Shown here one piece after another: positions 28,175 to 40,093 of a stretch of DNA of 64,000 nucleotides. Source of the DNA: an uncultured Alphaproteobacteria bacterium. Its GTDB lineage: Bacteria; Pseudomonadota; Alphaproteobacteria; MPNO01; UBA2964. The notes beneath the pieces are model-generated. The model was not told the origin of the DNA. It worked only from the letters and a program-made list of their open reading frames with translations, and searched no databases. How positions within the stretch are numbered: the first letter of the stretch is position 1; the number at the start of each line of letters is the position of its first letter. Location of the stretch: assembly GCA_951812775.1 (NCBI GenBank), contig OX638326.1, forward strand, positions 320,335 to 384,334, given 5' to 3'. The position numbers and the translations under genes are program-made.

Positions 28175-30461
28175 TTGCTTCCGTATTTTTTAAAGATGCC
28201 AAATCTTTTGCTACTCCATCATTGCTATTTGCGGCAAATTTTAGGCTGACGACTGCGCCCCCTTGAGGATGATCATTCATCGTTAGTTCGCCGCCATGAT
28301 CTTCCATAATCTTACGAACTATCGCTAAACCTAGACCTGTACCTTTTTCACGCGTTGTCACATACGGTTCTGTCAAGCGATCTCGTCGTTCATCATCTGG
28401 TAGCCCTTTACCATTGTCCCGAATTGCAACGGATATCGTTTCTTCCTCGTCGTCAATTTCAATCGCAATTAATCCAGAAAAATTTTTAGAAGTGGCATTC
28501 ATTCGACACCCCTCAATTGCATCCACCGCATTTTGCAAAAGATTGGTCAGAGCTTGCCCAATCTGCTGTGCATCGCAGGTAATCAAAATTGAATCTTCCG
28601 AAAAATTGCGTGTGAACGAGATTTCCCGATGTGCGTTCTCAAACAGGATTATTGAATTATGAGCCAACTTAACGATGTCTTCCGGTTTCATAACCGGTGC
28701 AGGCATACGGGCAAATGACGAAAATTCGTCTACTAATCGGCCAATATCACCAACCTGTCGAATTATCGTATCGGTACAATTTACAAAAGTTTCCTGATCA
28801 GTCGTTATTTCCTGTTGATATTTTCGACGTAAACGTTCTGCAGCCAATTGAATAGGAGTCAAGGGGTTCTTGATTTCATGAGCAATTCGACGGGCAACAT
28901 CCGCCCAAGCAGCCTTTCTCTGAGCAGATAGAAGCTCGGTTATATCGTCAAAAGTAACAACGTAACCTTGGTCGTCCTCTTTGCCTCCTTGCGGAGAAAT
29001 TCTAACTAGTACAGTTTGTCTTTGCGCACCGTCGCTTAGAATTATTTGGCCGTTCACCTGTTGCGAGCGATAGGAAAGTGCTTCTGACAACAACTCCGCA
29101 CTCTCCGGAACCATCTCATCCAGGCGCCGACCAATCGCTTCTTCCGCTCTAGTGGAGGACAAGTCGGCCGCCGCATTGTTTACGACTTTGATTTTTCCGT
29201 AACCGTCCAGCCCAATAACACCAGAAGACACACCTGCGAGAACGGTTTCCATGAAATGTCTACGATCATCCAATTGTCGGTTGGCCTCGACCAAATGATC
29301 CCTTTGAGCATTTAACTGCTCAGCCATCCTATTAAAAGCGCGGCTCAGAGTACCCACTTCATCTGAGTCACGCCCTTCATCAACCCGAGCGGTAAGGTCA
29401 CCACTTCTTACCTGTTCCGCTGCGTTCACGAGTTCACTAATTGGGCGTGCTAAACGGGTAGCAAAAGTTAAACCAACCCAAATTGCCGAAAGAAGCAAAA
29501 GCAAAGCGACAAATATGAAGACCATTGCGAAAGTGATCTCGATACTAGACCGTTCCCCTTCCAGCTCCTCATATTCGCGTACGGCAGAACGCGTTCTATC
29601 AATATGTCCTAAGACGCGGTGATCAATAAATCGCGTTACATACAGAAAAACATCAACATAAGGTTCCAGTTTTACCAATGCCCTGACACGGTCTTCAGCC
29701 TCCGCTTTAAGTATTACAGTTTCTCCCTGACGCGCTCGGTCTAAAGCCCCGATTGGCACCGGTTCATCAAATAACGAGAAACCAATTTCATTCCATCGGG
29801 CTAGGGCCCTTCCACTCGAGTCAAATACAACAACCTCGCTCAAGGCTCGAATGGCTCCTTGTGTTGCGATAAATCGTTGAAACCGCTTACTATCGCTGGC
29901 TGCAACAGGGCCCAAACGCGTCACATCACGTGCCATCGCGAGAATATCACCACGAATAGTCTGCTGATGTTCCTTCAAATAAGCCTGCGCTACTGCATTG
30001 GACTCGGAGAGAGCCGTTCTAACTCGGTCGCTAAACCAAGTCTGAATCCCCAAACTAAAAAATACCGCCGAAGACACGGCTACGATGATCGTTGGTGTCA
30101 CCGCGACAAGGCTGAACAGAAGGACTAACCGTGTATGAAGACGCGCCCCGACAGCACCACGCCTTCTTTCCATCCATAACTGTACGAGCCTGCGCGCGAC
30201 AATCGCACCAAGAATCAGGAAAAGGACGAGATCAATGTTTAGAAGTATCAGAACTCGCCGTACGCTTTTTTCACTGGTGCCAAATGGTGCCCATCCGCTC
30301 AAAACAGCAAAGGTTAGTAGCGCCATTCCGAACGCAGCGATCATCAGTAGAATTACTAGTTTTCTACCCAGCCCGATGGCCTGCGCCCATTGAATAAACC
30401 GGGCCCGCGGTTTCATTCGAATTCCAGCACTTTCAACGGACATCAAAATTCTCCGTTGCAA
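28164..30461 (-). CDS. ntrY: Sensor histidine kinase NtrY
   Basis: TM-HAMP-PAS-HisKA (AWADVARRIAHEIKNPLTPIQL)-HATPase; exact start uncertain. Confidence 0.94.
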   Translation of the reverse strand: MQRRILMSVESAGIRMKPRARFIQWAQAIGLGRKLVILLMIAAFGMALLTFAVLSGWAPFGTSEKSVRRVLILLNIDLVLFLILGAIVARRLVQLWMERRRGAVGARLHTRLVLLFSLVAVTPTIIVAVSSAVFFSLGIQTWFSDRVRTALSESNAVAQAYLKEHQQTIRGDILAMARDVTRLGPVAASDSKRFQRFIATQGAIRALSEVVVFDSSGRALARWNEIGFSLFDEPVPIGALDRARQGETVILKAEAEDRVRALVKLEPYVDVFLYVTRFIDHRVLGHIDRTRSAVREYEELEGERSSIEITFAMVFIFVALLLLLSAIWVGLTFATRLARPISELVNAAEQVRSGDLTARVDEGRDSDEVGTLSRAFNRMAEQLNAQRDHLVEANRQLDDRRHFMETVLAGVSSGVIGLDGYGKIKVVNNAAADLSSTRAEEAIGRRLDEMVPESAELLSEALSYRSQQVNGQIILSDGAQRQTVLVRISPQGGKEDDQGYVVTFDDITELLSAQRKAAWADVARRIAHEIKNPLTPIQLAAERLRRKYQQEITTDQETFVNCTDTIIRQVGDIGRLVDEFSSFARMPAPVMKPEDIVKLAHNSIILFENAHREISFTRNFSEDSILITCDAQQIGQALTNLLQNAVDAIEGCRMNATSKNFSGLIAIEIDDEEETISVAIRDNGKGLPDDERRDRLTEPYVTTREKGTGLGLAIVRKIMEDHGGELTMNDHPQGGAVVSLKFAANSNDGVAKDLASLKNTEANDA

Positions 30462-30487
30462 TCATGGATTGGCACTTGTCGGACACT

Positions 30488-31936
30488 TTAGCGTGCGCCC
30501 TTTACGACATCGATCTCAAGTTCTTTAATTTTCTTACGAAGTGTATTTCGATTAATACCAAGCATCTTCGCTGTTTTAATTTGGTTTCCTTTCGCCGCTA
30601 TCAAAGAAAGGGAGATAAGAGGTCTTTCCAGCTCTTTCAAAACACGATTGTATAGACCTGGCGATGGCAAGCCGTCCCGGTGGGCGTCAAAGTATTTTGA
30701 GAGATGCTTTTCAACCGCTGAACTTAGATTGTCCTCATCCGAACTCGTTTCTCGAGAATTAGCCCCACCCTGATCAAATTCAGCAACAATAATATCGTTT
30801 GAAATAACATCATCGGTATACAGTGTACCGACTCTCTTAATTAGATTCTCAAGTTCCCGAACATTTCCGGGCCAGTCGTAGTCAATTAATCTTTGCATCG
30901 CTTCGACGTCCAAAGACTTTGGAGCGAGACCTTCCGATTGCATTGTTTCCAGAAAATGGCGTACCAAGTCTGGAATATCTTCTTTCCGCTCCCTAAGCGG
31001 GGGCAATCGCAGAGGGACAACATTAAGCCGATAAAACAGGTCTTCACGAAATTGTCCTTTTTCGATTAATCCCTGAAGGTCTCGGTGTGTGGCAGCAATA
31101 ATGCGCACATTTGCTTTTACCGGGACTCTCCCGCCAACCGAGGTAAATTCCCCCTCCTGTAGGACGCGCAAAAGTCTAGTCTGCGCATCGAGGGGCATAT
31201 CACCAATTTCATCGAGAAAAAGAGTTCCATTTTGTGCTTGTTTAAATCTACCAGTTCCCGCGGTTGTCGCGCCCGTAAAAGCGCCCTTTTCGTGTCCAAA
31301 CAATTCACTTTCAACCAAATCTCTTGGAATAGCTGCCATGTTCAATGCTACGAACGGCCCCTGTTTTCGTTTTCCGTATTCGTGCAATGCGCGCGCAACT
31401 AACTCTTTTCCTGTACCTGATTCCCCCATGATCATTACAGTAAGATCTGATGTCATGAGCCGAGCGACCGTTCGGTAGATATCCTGCATTGCCGGAGAGC
31501 GACCGATAAGCGGCAATTTCTCATCTTCAGGCTCGGTGTCCAACTGGGAAGCAGAGGACACCTCTTTGGGTTCAGAGATGGCCCGGCTGACGATCGTCGC
31601 CAATTCGTCCAGATCGAATGGCTTCGGTAAATACTCAAAAGCACCACGCTCCGTCGCCTTTATCGCCGTCAGTAAAGTATTCTGCGCACTCATCACAATT
31701 ACTTTTAGATCAGCGCGAGAACTCTTTATCCTGGGTATTAAATCCAAACCGTTTGCGTCGGGCATAACGACATCGGTTATCACCAAATCGCCCTCGCCCG
31801 CCTCAACCCATTCCCATAGCGTTTTTCCACTTTCTGTAGTCCAAACATTATGGCCGTCACGCGACAAGGCTTGTTCCAGAACCATCCTTATTGAGCGGTC
31901 GTCATCAGCGATCAGAATTGTTGCTGGCGTTGTCAT
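30488..31936 (-). CDS. ntrC: Nitrogen regulation response regulator NtrC
   Basis: [35 protein letters not shown]. Confidence 0.96.
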   Translation of the reverse strand: MTTPATILIADDDRSIRMVLEQALSRDGHNVWTTESGKTLWEWVEAGEGDLVITDVVMPDANGLDLIPRIKSSRADLKVIVMSAQNTLLTAIKATERGAFEYLPKPFDLDELATIVSRAISEPKEVSSASQLDTEPEDEKLPLIGRSPAMQDIYRTVARLMTSDLTVMIMGESGTGKELVARALHEYGKRKQGPFVALNMAAIPRDLVESELFGHEKGAFTGATTAGTGRFKQAQNGTLFLDEIGDMPLDAQTRLLRVLQEGEFTSVGGRVPVKANVRIIAATHRDLQGLIEKGQFREDLFYRLNVVPLRLPPLRERKEDIPDLVRHFLETMQSEGLAPKSLDVEAMQRLIDYDWPGNVRELENLIKRVGTLYTDDVISNDIIVAEFDQGGANSRETSSDEDNLSSAVEKHLSKYFDAHRDGLPSPGLYNRVLKELERPLISLSLIAAKGNQIKTAKMLGINRNTLRKKIKELEIDVVKGAR

Positions 31937-33054
31937 TGATTTGATGCCTCAATTTCGGAGACGACCAACATCGGGAAATACAATCGAAAACAGGTACCAT
32001 CACTATTTGTTTCAAATTCAATAACACCACCATGGTCGTGAACGAGCTTCGCCACGAGGGCAAGGCCCAAACCTGTTCCCCCAGTTTTTGTCGATACAAA
32101 CGGGTCAAATATGTTCTGCGCAATATCTTGTGGAACACCACATCCATTATCAGAAACAGAAATCATTAGGGGCAAATGAACTCTCTCATTAGTTCCAGGA
32201 ACAGTAAGCCGGACCCCGCGCCGGAAGCCTGTTGTTAATTTAATTTCACCTTTTCTTTCAGGCAGCGCTTCTGCCGCGTTTTTGACGAGATTCAGGAACA
32301 CCTGAATGAGCTGATCTTTGTTGCCTAACACCGGCGGCAGAGATGGGTCGTAATCCATATGTATTGTTACATTCTCGACAAATTCTGCTGTTGCGAGTTG
32401 ATGCACCCTATCCAAAACTTCGTGAATATTGGTCTCTTCTCTTTCGGGAGGCCCGTCATCACCGAACACCCCCATACGATCAACCAGCTTACAAATTCTA
32501 TCGGCTTCTTCTTTGATCAATTTTGCCAAGGACCGGTCTTCTATACCCACCGCGCGCTCTAAGAGCTGAGCGGCCCCTCTGATACCTGAAAGTGGGTTCT
32601 TGACTTCATGCGCCAGCATGGAGGCCATTGCTGTCACGGATCTCGCGGCGCCGCGATGCACTAATTGTCTTTCCATACTGCGTGCTGCGCCGTGTGAATG
32701 AAATGACAGGACAACTGCGCCAGGATTGTCCAACATCGGTGAAGCTTGAATACTTACCCGTCTAGTCCCGCCACGGGGTCTGGATAATTCGATGTCATGT
32801 TCAAATACGCTAATCGTGTTTGTTCGTACCTGTTCGACTAATGAGAAAATCGGGCTATGTCTGGCGAAAATTTGGTCGAGTGGAAAACCAGTTAAAAATG
32901 ACTTCCCCTGCTCCAGAAATTGTTCGGTCGCTGCATTGACATAATTCACTCGGTTGTCCTGCCCGACAGCCAAAATTGGGAAGGCCAACGCGCCAAGGAT
33001 ACCCGCTTCGCCGAGAGCATGCGGGTTTTCGGGAATCTGAATACTTGTCGCCAT
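31933..33054 (-). CDS. ntrB: Nitrogen regulation sensor kinase NtrB
   Basis: PAS + [20 protein letters not shown] + HATPase. Confidence 0.95.
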   Translation of the reverse strand: MATSIQIPENPHALGEAGILGALAFPILAVGQDNRVNYVNAATEQFLEQGKSFLTGFPLDQIFARHSPIFSLVEQVRTNTISVFEHDIELSRPRGGTRRVSIQASPMLDNPGAVVLSFHSHGAARSMERQLVHRGAARSVTAMASMLAHEVKNPLSGIRGAAQLLERAVGIEDRSLAKLIKEEADRICKLVDRMGVFGDDGPPEREETNIHEVLDRVHQLATAEFVENVTIHMDYDPSLPPVLGNKDQLIQVFLNLVKNAAEALPERKGEIKLTTGFRRGVRLTVPGTNERVHLPLMISVSDNGCGVPQDIAQNIFDPFVSTKTGGTGLGLALVAKLVHDHGGVIEFETNSDGTCFRLYFPMLVVSEIEASNQ

Positions 33055-33057
33055 GCG

Positions 33058-34044
33058 TTATGCTGCCTCTTGCATCAACACGTCTTCATAATACGTATCG
33101 ATGGCGCGCAGCGCGTCGTCTGCTTCTGGAATTTTGTTAATATTCGCGCGAAATTCAGCAGATTTCGGCAGACCCTTCGTATACCAGCTCACATGCTTTC
33201 TAGCCATGCGCATACCGGTATAACTCCCATAATGATGGAGCATTTCGAGATAATGATCGCGGACAATCTGGTATTGATCGGCGAGCGAAGGATCAGGAAG
33301 CCGGTTTCCAGTTCTCAGAAATTCGATGACCTGCGCCAGAAACCATGGTTTGCCGTATGTACCCCGCCCAATCATTACCCCATCAGCGCCAGATTTCGAC
33401 AAAATCGATTTCACATCATCCAAAGTAGTGACATCACCATTAGCAATCACTGGAATTGAAACCGCTTCTTTTACCTTTCGAATAAAAGACCAGTCAGCAG
33501 AGCCATTATAAAACTGACATCGTGTTCTCCCATGAACCGATATCATTTTGATCCCGACTTCTTCTGCCGCTCTCGCTAGAAAAGGAGCGTTTCTATTGTC
33601 GTCATCCCAGCCAGTCCGCATTTTGAGGGTAACCGGCAATTTGACGGCGGAGACCACCGCCTCAAGAATTTTAACTGCCTTCGCTTCCTCCCGCATAAGC
33701 GCCGAACCTGCATGGCCATTGACGACCTTTTTCACAGGACATCCCATATTGATATCGATAATCGCAGCGCTGCGATCCTCGTTTAACTTAGCTGCCTCAG
33801 CCATAACTTCTGGGTCGCAGCCTGCAAGCTGAACGGACATCGGAAATTCTTCCGCACAATTGCTTGCCATTTTCATAGATTTCTTGTTTTGACGGATCAT
33901 CGCCTGGCTGGCGATCATCTCGGATACGACGAGCCCAGCGCCAAGACTTTTCACCAACCGACGAAAAGGCAGATCGGTTACACCGGACATTGGCGCCAAA
34001 ATGACAGGATCGGCGAGAGACAGAGAATCAATCTTAATGGACAC
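33058..34044 (-). CDS. dusB: tRNA dihydrouridine synthase DusB (NifR3)
   Basis: [23 protein letters not shown]. Confidence 0.96.
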   Translation of the reverse strand: MSIKIDSLSLADPVILAPMSGVTDLPFRRLVKSLGAGLVVSEMIASQAMIRQNKKSMKMASNCAEEFPMSVQLAGCDPEVMAEAAKLNEDRSAAIIDINMGCPVKKVVNGHAGSALMREEAKAVKILEAVVSAVKLPVTLKMRTGWDDDNRNAPFLARAAEEVGIKMISVHGRTRCQFYNGSADWSFIRKVKEAVSIPVIANGDVTTLDDVKSILSKSGADGVMIGRGTYGKPWFLAQVIEFLRTGNRLPDPSLADQYQIVRDHYLEMLHHYGSYTGMRMARKHVSWYTKGLPKSAEFRANINKIPEADDALRAIDTYYEDVLMQEAA

Positions 34045-34066
34045 TTCGTAAGCACCTATATTGGAT

Positions 34067-34083
34067 TGCCTAAATAATAGGCG
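34067..34083. promoter_or_regulatory. NtrC-like binding palindrome upstream of dusB-ntrBC
   Basis: TGCCTA-AATAA-TAGGCG, a 17-bp near match to TGC-N11-GCA, 23 nt upstream of the dusB start. Confidence 0.5.
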
Positions 34084-34129
34084 AACCTACTGCAAACGAC
34101 CGAAATTAAGCAATGAAATTCAGGCCCTT

Positions 34130-34930
34130 TTAGGCCAACAAAATATCGGTAACAAATTTTACGCCTGGGTAGGCCAGTGTAATCATCAGATAAGCCAACA
34201 AAGCCAGCCGCGCCGCCTTTTGCCCCCGAAGACCTCTCACTTTACGTGCAACCAAAAGGATAATAACGATGATCAAGGTAATTACTGACAGCAGAGCTTT
34301 GTGGGATAATTCAACCAAACTACCGGTTTGCAAAAAATGTACTGTCATCCCCGTCAACAACCCAACCAGCAAAACACCCGCACTGTATTGCAATAATCGC
34401 GTTTCGAGGTGCTCTGAAGAAGCCAGGGTGGGAAAGGCAATGGTAAGCAAAGACTGACGTTTCGTCTTCAAATTACGTTCCTGAACAAACGCCGCAAACC
34501 CCGCTATGGCTGCTAATGTTAGAAGTGCGTAAGTGGTCAAAGAAAACGCTATATGCAACAGCACCCATACGTTTGGAGCGTCAGATAGAAAGGGCCGTTC
34601 CGGTTGATTTTGCCAAATTATCGCCAAAACGCTCAAAACGAAGAGGTAAGGCATCAAACCTGAGAGCAATTTATGCCCCTCACGACAAAGAGCTGCGACC
34701 GGCACATAAATTACTAAAGTGGCCGTAATTGTTGCCCAAAGCGCCGGGGCAAATCCTGTTCGCCATCCTCCAGAAAAGATCACAATTGTCAGCACTGCGG
34801 AACCGGCGATAGCGACCGCCAAAAAACACCAAAACAAAAATCGACGTTCTGTGTCCAACCGAAATGAATAAAACAGCGACGGAAGCATCGCGGCGATTGC
34901 CGAAATCGATAAATATGTGATTGTATTCAT
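34130..34930 (-). CDS. Cytochrome c assembly (CcsA/YpjD-like) inner membrane protein
   Basis: About 8 TM segments; LHI...Y, QERNLK, HK, RG...A, LAYPGVKFV motifs. Confidence 0.8.
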   Translation of the reverse strand: MNTITYLSISAIAAMLPSLFYSFRLDTERRFLFWCFLAVAIAGSAVLTIVIFSGGWRTGFAPALWATITATLVIYVPVAALCREGHKLLSGLMPYLFVLSVLAIIWQNQPERPFLSDAPNVWVLLHIAFSLTTYALLTLAAIAGFAAFVQERNLKTKRQSLLTIAFPTLASSEHLETRLLQYSAGVLLVGLLTGMTVHFLQTGSLVELSHKALLSVITLIIVIILLVARKVRGLRGQKAARLALLAYLMITLAYPGVKFVTDILLA

Positions 34931-35076
34931 GAGTCGATTATATCAACCAAACTTATTCAGTGCAGACTAGTTCTCACGAATCTTGCTATCTTGGCATTAT
35001 GGCGCGACAACAGTACCGTGCGATCTGCATGGGATTTCTTCCTATAATCCCTTAACGCAGTTAAAGCGAGGCGTTA

Positions 35077-36243
35077 ATGACAGGGTGTGTTGCCCTAATT
35101 CTATCCGGCGGAAGTGGAAATCGGTTTGGTGACAACACGCCAAAACAATATTTATCACTTGGCGGTAAAGCGGTCATCAGACATGCCATAGATACATTTC
35201 TTGGCCATCCAGGCGTTGATGCCGTTCGAATTGTCCGCCGCCCACAGGACACCTCCCTTTATGAAGCTGCGATCAACGATATTTCAGTTCTTGAGCCTGT
35301 AGACGGCGGTATAACTAGACAAGAATCTGTCCGACTCGGTTTAGAAAGCCTGAAAGACATGAGACCTACGACGGTTCTCATACACGACGGGGCAAGGCCG
35401 TTTCCAGATCCAGGATTAATTTCGCGCGCCTTAGATGCCTTGCACGAGCATCAGGCTGTCATTCCTGCGTTACCGGTGTTCGACACGATTAAACAAGTCG
35501 CTTCTGACGGAAAAACAATTGAACAAACCTTGGACCGACAAAAGCTGTGGCGCGCCCAAACGCCCCAGGCATTCGATTACAACGCTATTTTCTCTGCGCA
35601 CCAAAAAGCTGCTGGCCAAGAGCTAACGGACGACGCAATGGTAGCGGAAAATGCGGGTATCCCTGTTACCATTGTCCAGGGATCTGAAAGCAATATAAAG
35701 ATCACGACACGTGAGGATATGGAACAGGCGAACAAATCGTTGGAACAGGAAACAATGCTAACGCGCGTCGGAACGGGTTTTGATGTCCACCAATTCGGCC
35801 CTGGCGATCACGCAATGCTTTGCGGAATCTCTGTCGCTCATGAAAAAGGTTTAGAAGGTCATTCGGATGCGGATGCGCCAATGCATGCTTTGACTGATGC
35901 CATTCTTGGCGCCATCGCGGCCGGAGACATCGGAAGTCACTTTCCACCGTCAGATGAAAGATGGCGCGGCGCAGCCTCGTCAGAATTCCTAAAATACGCG
36001 GCAACCCTCGTTAGTGATCAAGGCGGTAGAATCGATAATGTCGATGTGACCATAATTTGCGAAAAACCAAAAATTGGACCACATCGTGATGCTATGTGCC
36101 AAAAACTTGCCGATATTTTAGGAATCTCGGCGACCAGCGTAAGTGTGAAAGCAACAACGACTGAGCAACTAGGATTCACAGGAAGAGGCGAGGGTATAGC
36201 AGCACAAGCGATTGCCTCAGTTTCTCTTCCCGCCAAGCCATAG
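35077..36243 (+). CDS. ispDF: Bifunctional IspD/IspF
   Basis: GGSGNRFG...PKQY, HDGARP, QTPQAF; then GFDVH, GHSDAD, KATTTE. Confidence 0.96.
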   Translation: MTGCVALILSGGSGNRFGDNTPKQYLSLGGKAVIRHAIDTFLGHPGVDAVRIVRRPQDTSLYEAAINDISVLEPVDGGITRQESVRLGLESLKDMRPTTVLIHDGARPFPDPGLISRALDALHEHQAVIPALPVFDTIKQVASDGKTIEQTLDRQKLWRAQTPQAFDYNAIFSAHQKAAGQELTDDAMVAENAGIPVTIVQGSESNIKITTREDMEQANKSLEQETMLTRVGTGFDVHQFGPGDHAMLCGISVAHEKGLEGHSDADAPMHALTDAILGAIAAGDIGSHFPPSDERWRGAASSEFLKYAATLVSDQGGRIDNVDVTIICEKPKIGPHRDAMCQKLADILGISATSVSVKATTTEQLGFTGRGEGIAAQAIASVSLPAKP

Positions 36244-36246
36244 CTT

Positions 36247-36735
36247 ATGTCAGCGTATTCCTTACCCCGCGGCCTCTCATTTTTTCACCCGATATGTCTT
36301 ATTTCTACATGTTGTGGTCTCGGCCTTATGCCATTTGCCCCTGGCACTTGGGGGTCGCTAGCAGCACTCCCGATTGCCTGGGCAATCCTGACCGAATGGA
36401 ATCAGTATATTCTGCTTGCGGTTACCTTCGTCCTATTTCTAATTGGTATGGCTGCCAGTACGATTTACGCCCGGCGCACGAATGATAAAGACCCTGGCGC
36501 AATCGTCATTGATGAACTCGTTGGACAGTTATTAGTACTTTCAATTGCACCACTTAATTGGAGTTATTTTTTGACAGCCTTTGTCCTTTTCAGAATTACC
36601 GACATATTAAAGCCATGGCCTGCATCTTGGGCTGATCGATCTGTATCAGGTGGTTTTGGGATTATGCTTGATGACATATTTGCAGCCGGTTATGCCGCGA
36701 CCATTCTCTTTGGCCTAATGGCCTTATTTAACTGA
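36247..36735 (+). CDS. pgpA: Phosphatidylglycerophosphatase A
   Basis: APGTWGSL, DPGAIVIDE, FRITDILKPWP, GIMLDD. Confidence 0.95.
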   Translation: MSAYSLPRGLSFFHPICLISTCCGLGLMPFAPGTWGSLAALPIAWAILTEWNQYILLAVTFVLFLIGMAASTIYARRTNDKDPGAIVIDELVGQLLVLSIAPLNWSYFLTAFVLFRITDILKPWPASWADRSVSGGFGIMLDDIFAAGYAATILFGLMALFN

Positions 36736-36741
36736 GGCAAA

Positions 36742-37233
36742 ATGTTACATACTGATACTTTGCAGCGCGCTTCAGAGATCATTCAACTTTGCAGCCAAGG
36801 TGGCTACAAAGTTGCAACGATAGAGTCCTGCACCGGTGGCTTGATAACTGCCGCGTTAACGGCCGTATCTGGGTCATCTGATGTCGTTGATCGAGGGTTT
36901 ACCACCTATAGCAACGAAGCGAAGAACGAATTAGTTGGCGTCCCTATGGAGCTAATAACCGATCACGGTGCAGTAAGTGAAGAAGTCGCTCGCGCCATGG
37001 CTGAAGGAGGGCTTCAAAGATCCGATGCAAATGTTACGGTTTCAGTAACTGGCATCGCCGGGCCCGGGGGCGGTACAGAATCGAAACCAGTCGGGTTGGT
37101 ACATTTCGCGTGTGCCAGTGAAGGTAATCCTACCATTACCTACCACAAAGTCTTTCAGGGAGACCGTGCTGCGGTACGGGAAGCAACGGTACTACAAGCT
37201 TTTAAAATGATTGAAGCCGTCGCAAGGAATTAA
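36742..37233 (+). CDS. cinA: CinA/PncC family NMN deamidase
   Basis: ESCTGG, YSNEAK, GAVS, TGIAGPGGG. Confidence 0.92.
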   Translation: MLHTDTLQRASEIIQLCSQGGYKVATIESCTGGLITAALTAVSGSSDVVDRGFTTYSNEAKNELVGVPMELITDHGAVSEEVARAMAEGGLQRSDANVTVSVTGIAGPGGGTESKPVGLVHFACASEGNPTITYHKVFQGDRAAVREATVLQAFKMIEAVARN

Positions 37234-37667
37234 AGGTTTTTTCCGTACACGACCTTTGCGCGCTCTTCAAAAGCACCGACCATTTTGTTAACTGCTTCAC
37301 CAAAAAAGGGCCCAATTATTCCGCGTAGAATTTTGGAACGAAACTCAAAATCGATAAAAAACTCAACTTCGCACCCCTGCTCAGAATCGTGAAATTTCCA
37401 GTGATTAATCAAATGCTTGAATGGACCCTTTTGATACTCAACATCAATACGTTCAGGACGATCAAAAATAACTTTTGAGGTATAGACCTCACGCACCATT
37501 TTGAACCCAACCATGAGATCAGCATAAACCGCATTTTCTTCACGACGGAGGATACGCGTCCCGACACACCAGGGTAAAAACTCTGGATAACGCTCGATGT
37601 CAGCAACAAGATTAAAAAGCTGTTCGGGCGTGTATGGCAAATATCGTCGGTCGGAATGTACCGGCAT
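37230..37667 (-). CDS. RatA/COQ10 START-domain protein
   Basis: LVADIERYPEFLPWC, GPFKHL, AFEERA. Confidence 0.92.
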   Translation of the reverse strand: MPVHSDRRYLPYTPEQLFNLVADIERYPEFLPWCVGTRILRREENAVYADLMVGFKMVREVYTSKVIFDRPERIDVEYQKGPFKHLINHWKFHDSEQGCEVEFFIDFEFRSKILRGIIGPFFGEAVNKMVGAFEERAKVVYGKNL

Positions 37668-37669
37668 TG

Positions 37670-38626
37670 CTATGAAGGATTACCAACAGTTCTTTTCCGC
37701 CGTTCTTCGGCGAGCATCTTGAAGTCTTTATCTGCATGATAGGAAGACCGCGTCAAAGGGCTTGCAGAAACCAACAAAAAGCCTTTCGCCGCGGCATGAC
37801 TCTTTAAATCATCAAACTCTCGCGGCGTAACGAAACGATCAATCGGGTGATGTTTAGGGGTTGGTTGCAAATATTGGCCTACAGTTAAAAAGTCTATACC
37901 TGCTGATCGCATATCATCCATAACCTGGACAACTTCTTCCAGTTCTTCACCAAGCCCAACCATGAGACCGGATTTCGTAAATATTGTCGGCGCGAGTTCC
38001 TTAACCTGGCGTAAAAGATTCAAAGAATGGAAGTAACGCGCACCAGGTCTGACTCCAGGATATAATCGAGGAACTGTTTCCAGATTATGGTTGAATACGT
38101 CAGGGCCTGCTTCAACAACAACTTCAAGGGCGCCATCTTTTCGTAAAAAATCCGGCGTCAATATTTCAATTGTCGTTTCAGGTGTTGCCTCACGTATTTT
38201 GCGAATAACACGGGCAAAGTGAGATGCACCGCCATCGTCCAAATCATCGCGATCAACGGAAGTTATCACAATGTGTCGTAAACCCAATTTTGAGGCCGCT
38301 TCAGCAACGTGGTCAGGTTCATTTGGGTCAACATGATCTGGCTTACCAGTTGCGACATTGCAAAACGCGCACGCCCGCGTACACACGCTCCCCAAGATCA
38401 TCATAGTCGCATGCCGTTGAGACCAGCACTCCCCGATATTGGGGCAAGCGGCTTCCTCGCAGACAGTGTTCAGAGACAAACCCCGCATAAGGTCTTTTGT
38501 TCGAAAATACTCGGCTGAATTGGGTGCTTTTACCCGAATCCATTCAGGTTTGTGAGGCGAAGGTATCTCTGGGTTATTCACCTTCTCCGGATGACGGGGA
38601 CGAATATTTTTAAGCGATGTAGCCAT
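37670..38626 (-). CDS. lipA: Lipoyl synthase
   Basis: [24 protein letters not shown]; start uncertain (38626 or 38641). Confidence 0.97.
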   Translation of the reverse strand: MATSLKNIRPRHPEKVNNPEIPSPHKPEWIRVKAPNSAEYFRTKDLMRGLSLNTVCEEAACPNIGECWSQRHATMMILGSVCTRACAFCNVATGKPDHVDPNEPDHVAEAASKLGLRHIVITSVDRDDLDDGGASHFARVIRKIREATPETTIEILTPDFLRKDGALEVVVEAGPDVFNHNLETVPRLYPGVRPGARYFHSLNLLRQVKELAPTIFTKSGLMVGLGEELEEVVQVMDDMRSAGIDFLTVGQYLQPTPKHHPIDRFVTPREFDDLKSHAAAKGFLLVSASPLTRSSYHADKDFKMLAEERRKRTVGNPS

Positions 38627-38647
38627 CAACTGTTCCGCCAATTCCCA

Positions 38648-40045
38648 CTAGAAATGGATGACTCGACCATACGAGTCGAGAGCTGCCTCATGCATCGCCT
38701 CAGAGAGTGTTGGATGAGGGAACACTGTATGCATGAGTTCCGCCTCGGTCGCCTCTGACGTACGCGCTACGGTATAGCCTTGAATCATTTCGGTGACTTC
38801 CGGGCCTATCATGTGGGCCCCCAGCAGTTCACCTGTCTTAGCGTCAAATACCGTTTTGACCTGCCCTTCCGGATCACCAAGTGCGATTGCCTTACCATTT
38901 GCCATAAACGGAAACCGACCAACCTTAACATCATACCCCTGCTCTATCGCTGAAGCTTCGGTAAGTCCGACGCTCGCGATCTGGGGCCTGCAATATGTGC
39001 ACCCTGGTATATTAGAGGTATCGAGCGGGTGTGTTTCAAGACCAGTGATATGCTCTACACAAATAACACCTTCATGGCTTGCCTTATGCGCGAGCCATGG
39101 CGGTCCGACGAGATCGCCAATGGCAAAAACCCCTTTCTCACCCGTTTCCAGCCACTCATTCACGACGACATGGGCCTTATCAACGACAATGCTAGTATTT
39201 TCGATGCCGATATCTTCAACATTTCCGACAATACCTACCGCAAGAATAGCTCGATCAAACTTCACGGTTTGTGCCTTGCCATCAATTTCCAGATCCGCAG
39301 CGACATCATCGGATACTGCCTTCAATCCATTGACCTTGGCCCCGGTATGGATCGTCATGCCCTGTGCTTCAAAGGATTTTCGCGCAAGATCAGAAATTTC
39401 AGCATCCTCTACCGGCAAAATTCGATCCATCACTTCAACAATGGTCACATCAGCGCCAAGATCACTATAAAAGCTGGCAAATTCCATTCCGATGGCGCCC
39501 GATCCTACAACCAATAGGGATTTTGGCATTTCCTCAGGTACCATCGCCTCACGATAGGTCCATATGCGTTTTCCGTCAGGTTCCAGTCCAGGAAGCGTTC
39601 TCGCCCGCGCACCAGTCGCCACAATAATATGCTTCGCCTTGACGTCCTGTTTCTTGCCGTTCGGTGTCGTTATAGCAACAGTCCCTTGTCCAGCGAGACC
39701 ACCGCTTCCATCAAAGACCGTCACTTTGTTTTTCTTCAGAAGGTGCGCCACGCCTTGATTGAGCTGTTTCGCGACGTTTCGCGAGCGCTTAACGATTTTT
39801 CCAATATCAAAAGAGATATCTTTTGCCGACATCCCGAATTCATCGAGATGCTGAAGGATATGGTGAACTTCAGATGTTCTCAGTAGAGCTTTGGTCGGGA
39901 TACACCCCCAGTTCAAACAAATCCCGCCTAAATGTTCTCGTTCCACTAACGCGGTCTTCATGCCTAGTTGGGTTGCACGAATTGCAGCAACATACCCTCC
40001 GGGTCCGCCACCAATTACAACGACGTCAAATTCCGTTTCGGACAT
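38648..40045 (-). CDS. lpdA: Dihydrolipoyl dehydrogenase (E3)
   Basis: GGGPGGY, GGICLNWGCIP, HPTLSE. Confidence 0.97.
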   Translation of the reverse strand: MSETEFDVVVIGGGPGGYVAAIRATQLGMKTALVEREHLGGICLNWGCIPTKALLRTSEVHHILQHLDEFGMSAKDISFDIGKIVKRSRNVAKQLNQGVAHLLKKNKVTVFDGSGGLAGQGTVAITTPNGKKQDVKAKHIIVATGARARTLPGLEPDGKRIWTYREAMVPEEMPKSLLVVGSGAIGMEFASFYSDLGADVTIVEVMDRILPVEDAEISDLARKSFEAQGMTIHTGAKVNGLKAVSDDVAADLEIDGKAQTVKFDRAILAVGIVGNVEDIGIENTSIVVDKAHVVVNEWLETGEKGVFAIGDLVGPPWLAHKASHEGVICVEHITGLETHPLDTSNIPGCTYCRPQIASVGLTEASAIEQGYDVKVGRFPFMANGKAIALGDPEGQVKTVFDAKTGELLGAHMIGPEVTEMIQGYTVARTSEATEAELMHTVFPHPTLSEAMHEAALDSYGRVIHF

Positions 40046-40093
40046 TAAAATTCCATTTCGCCAAAATACTGCGCCTACAGTGGCGGCATATGG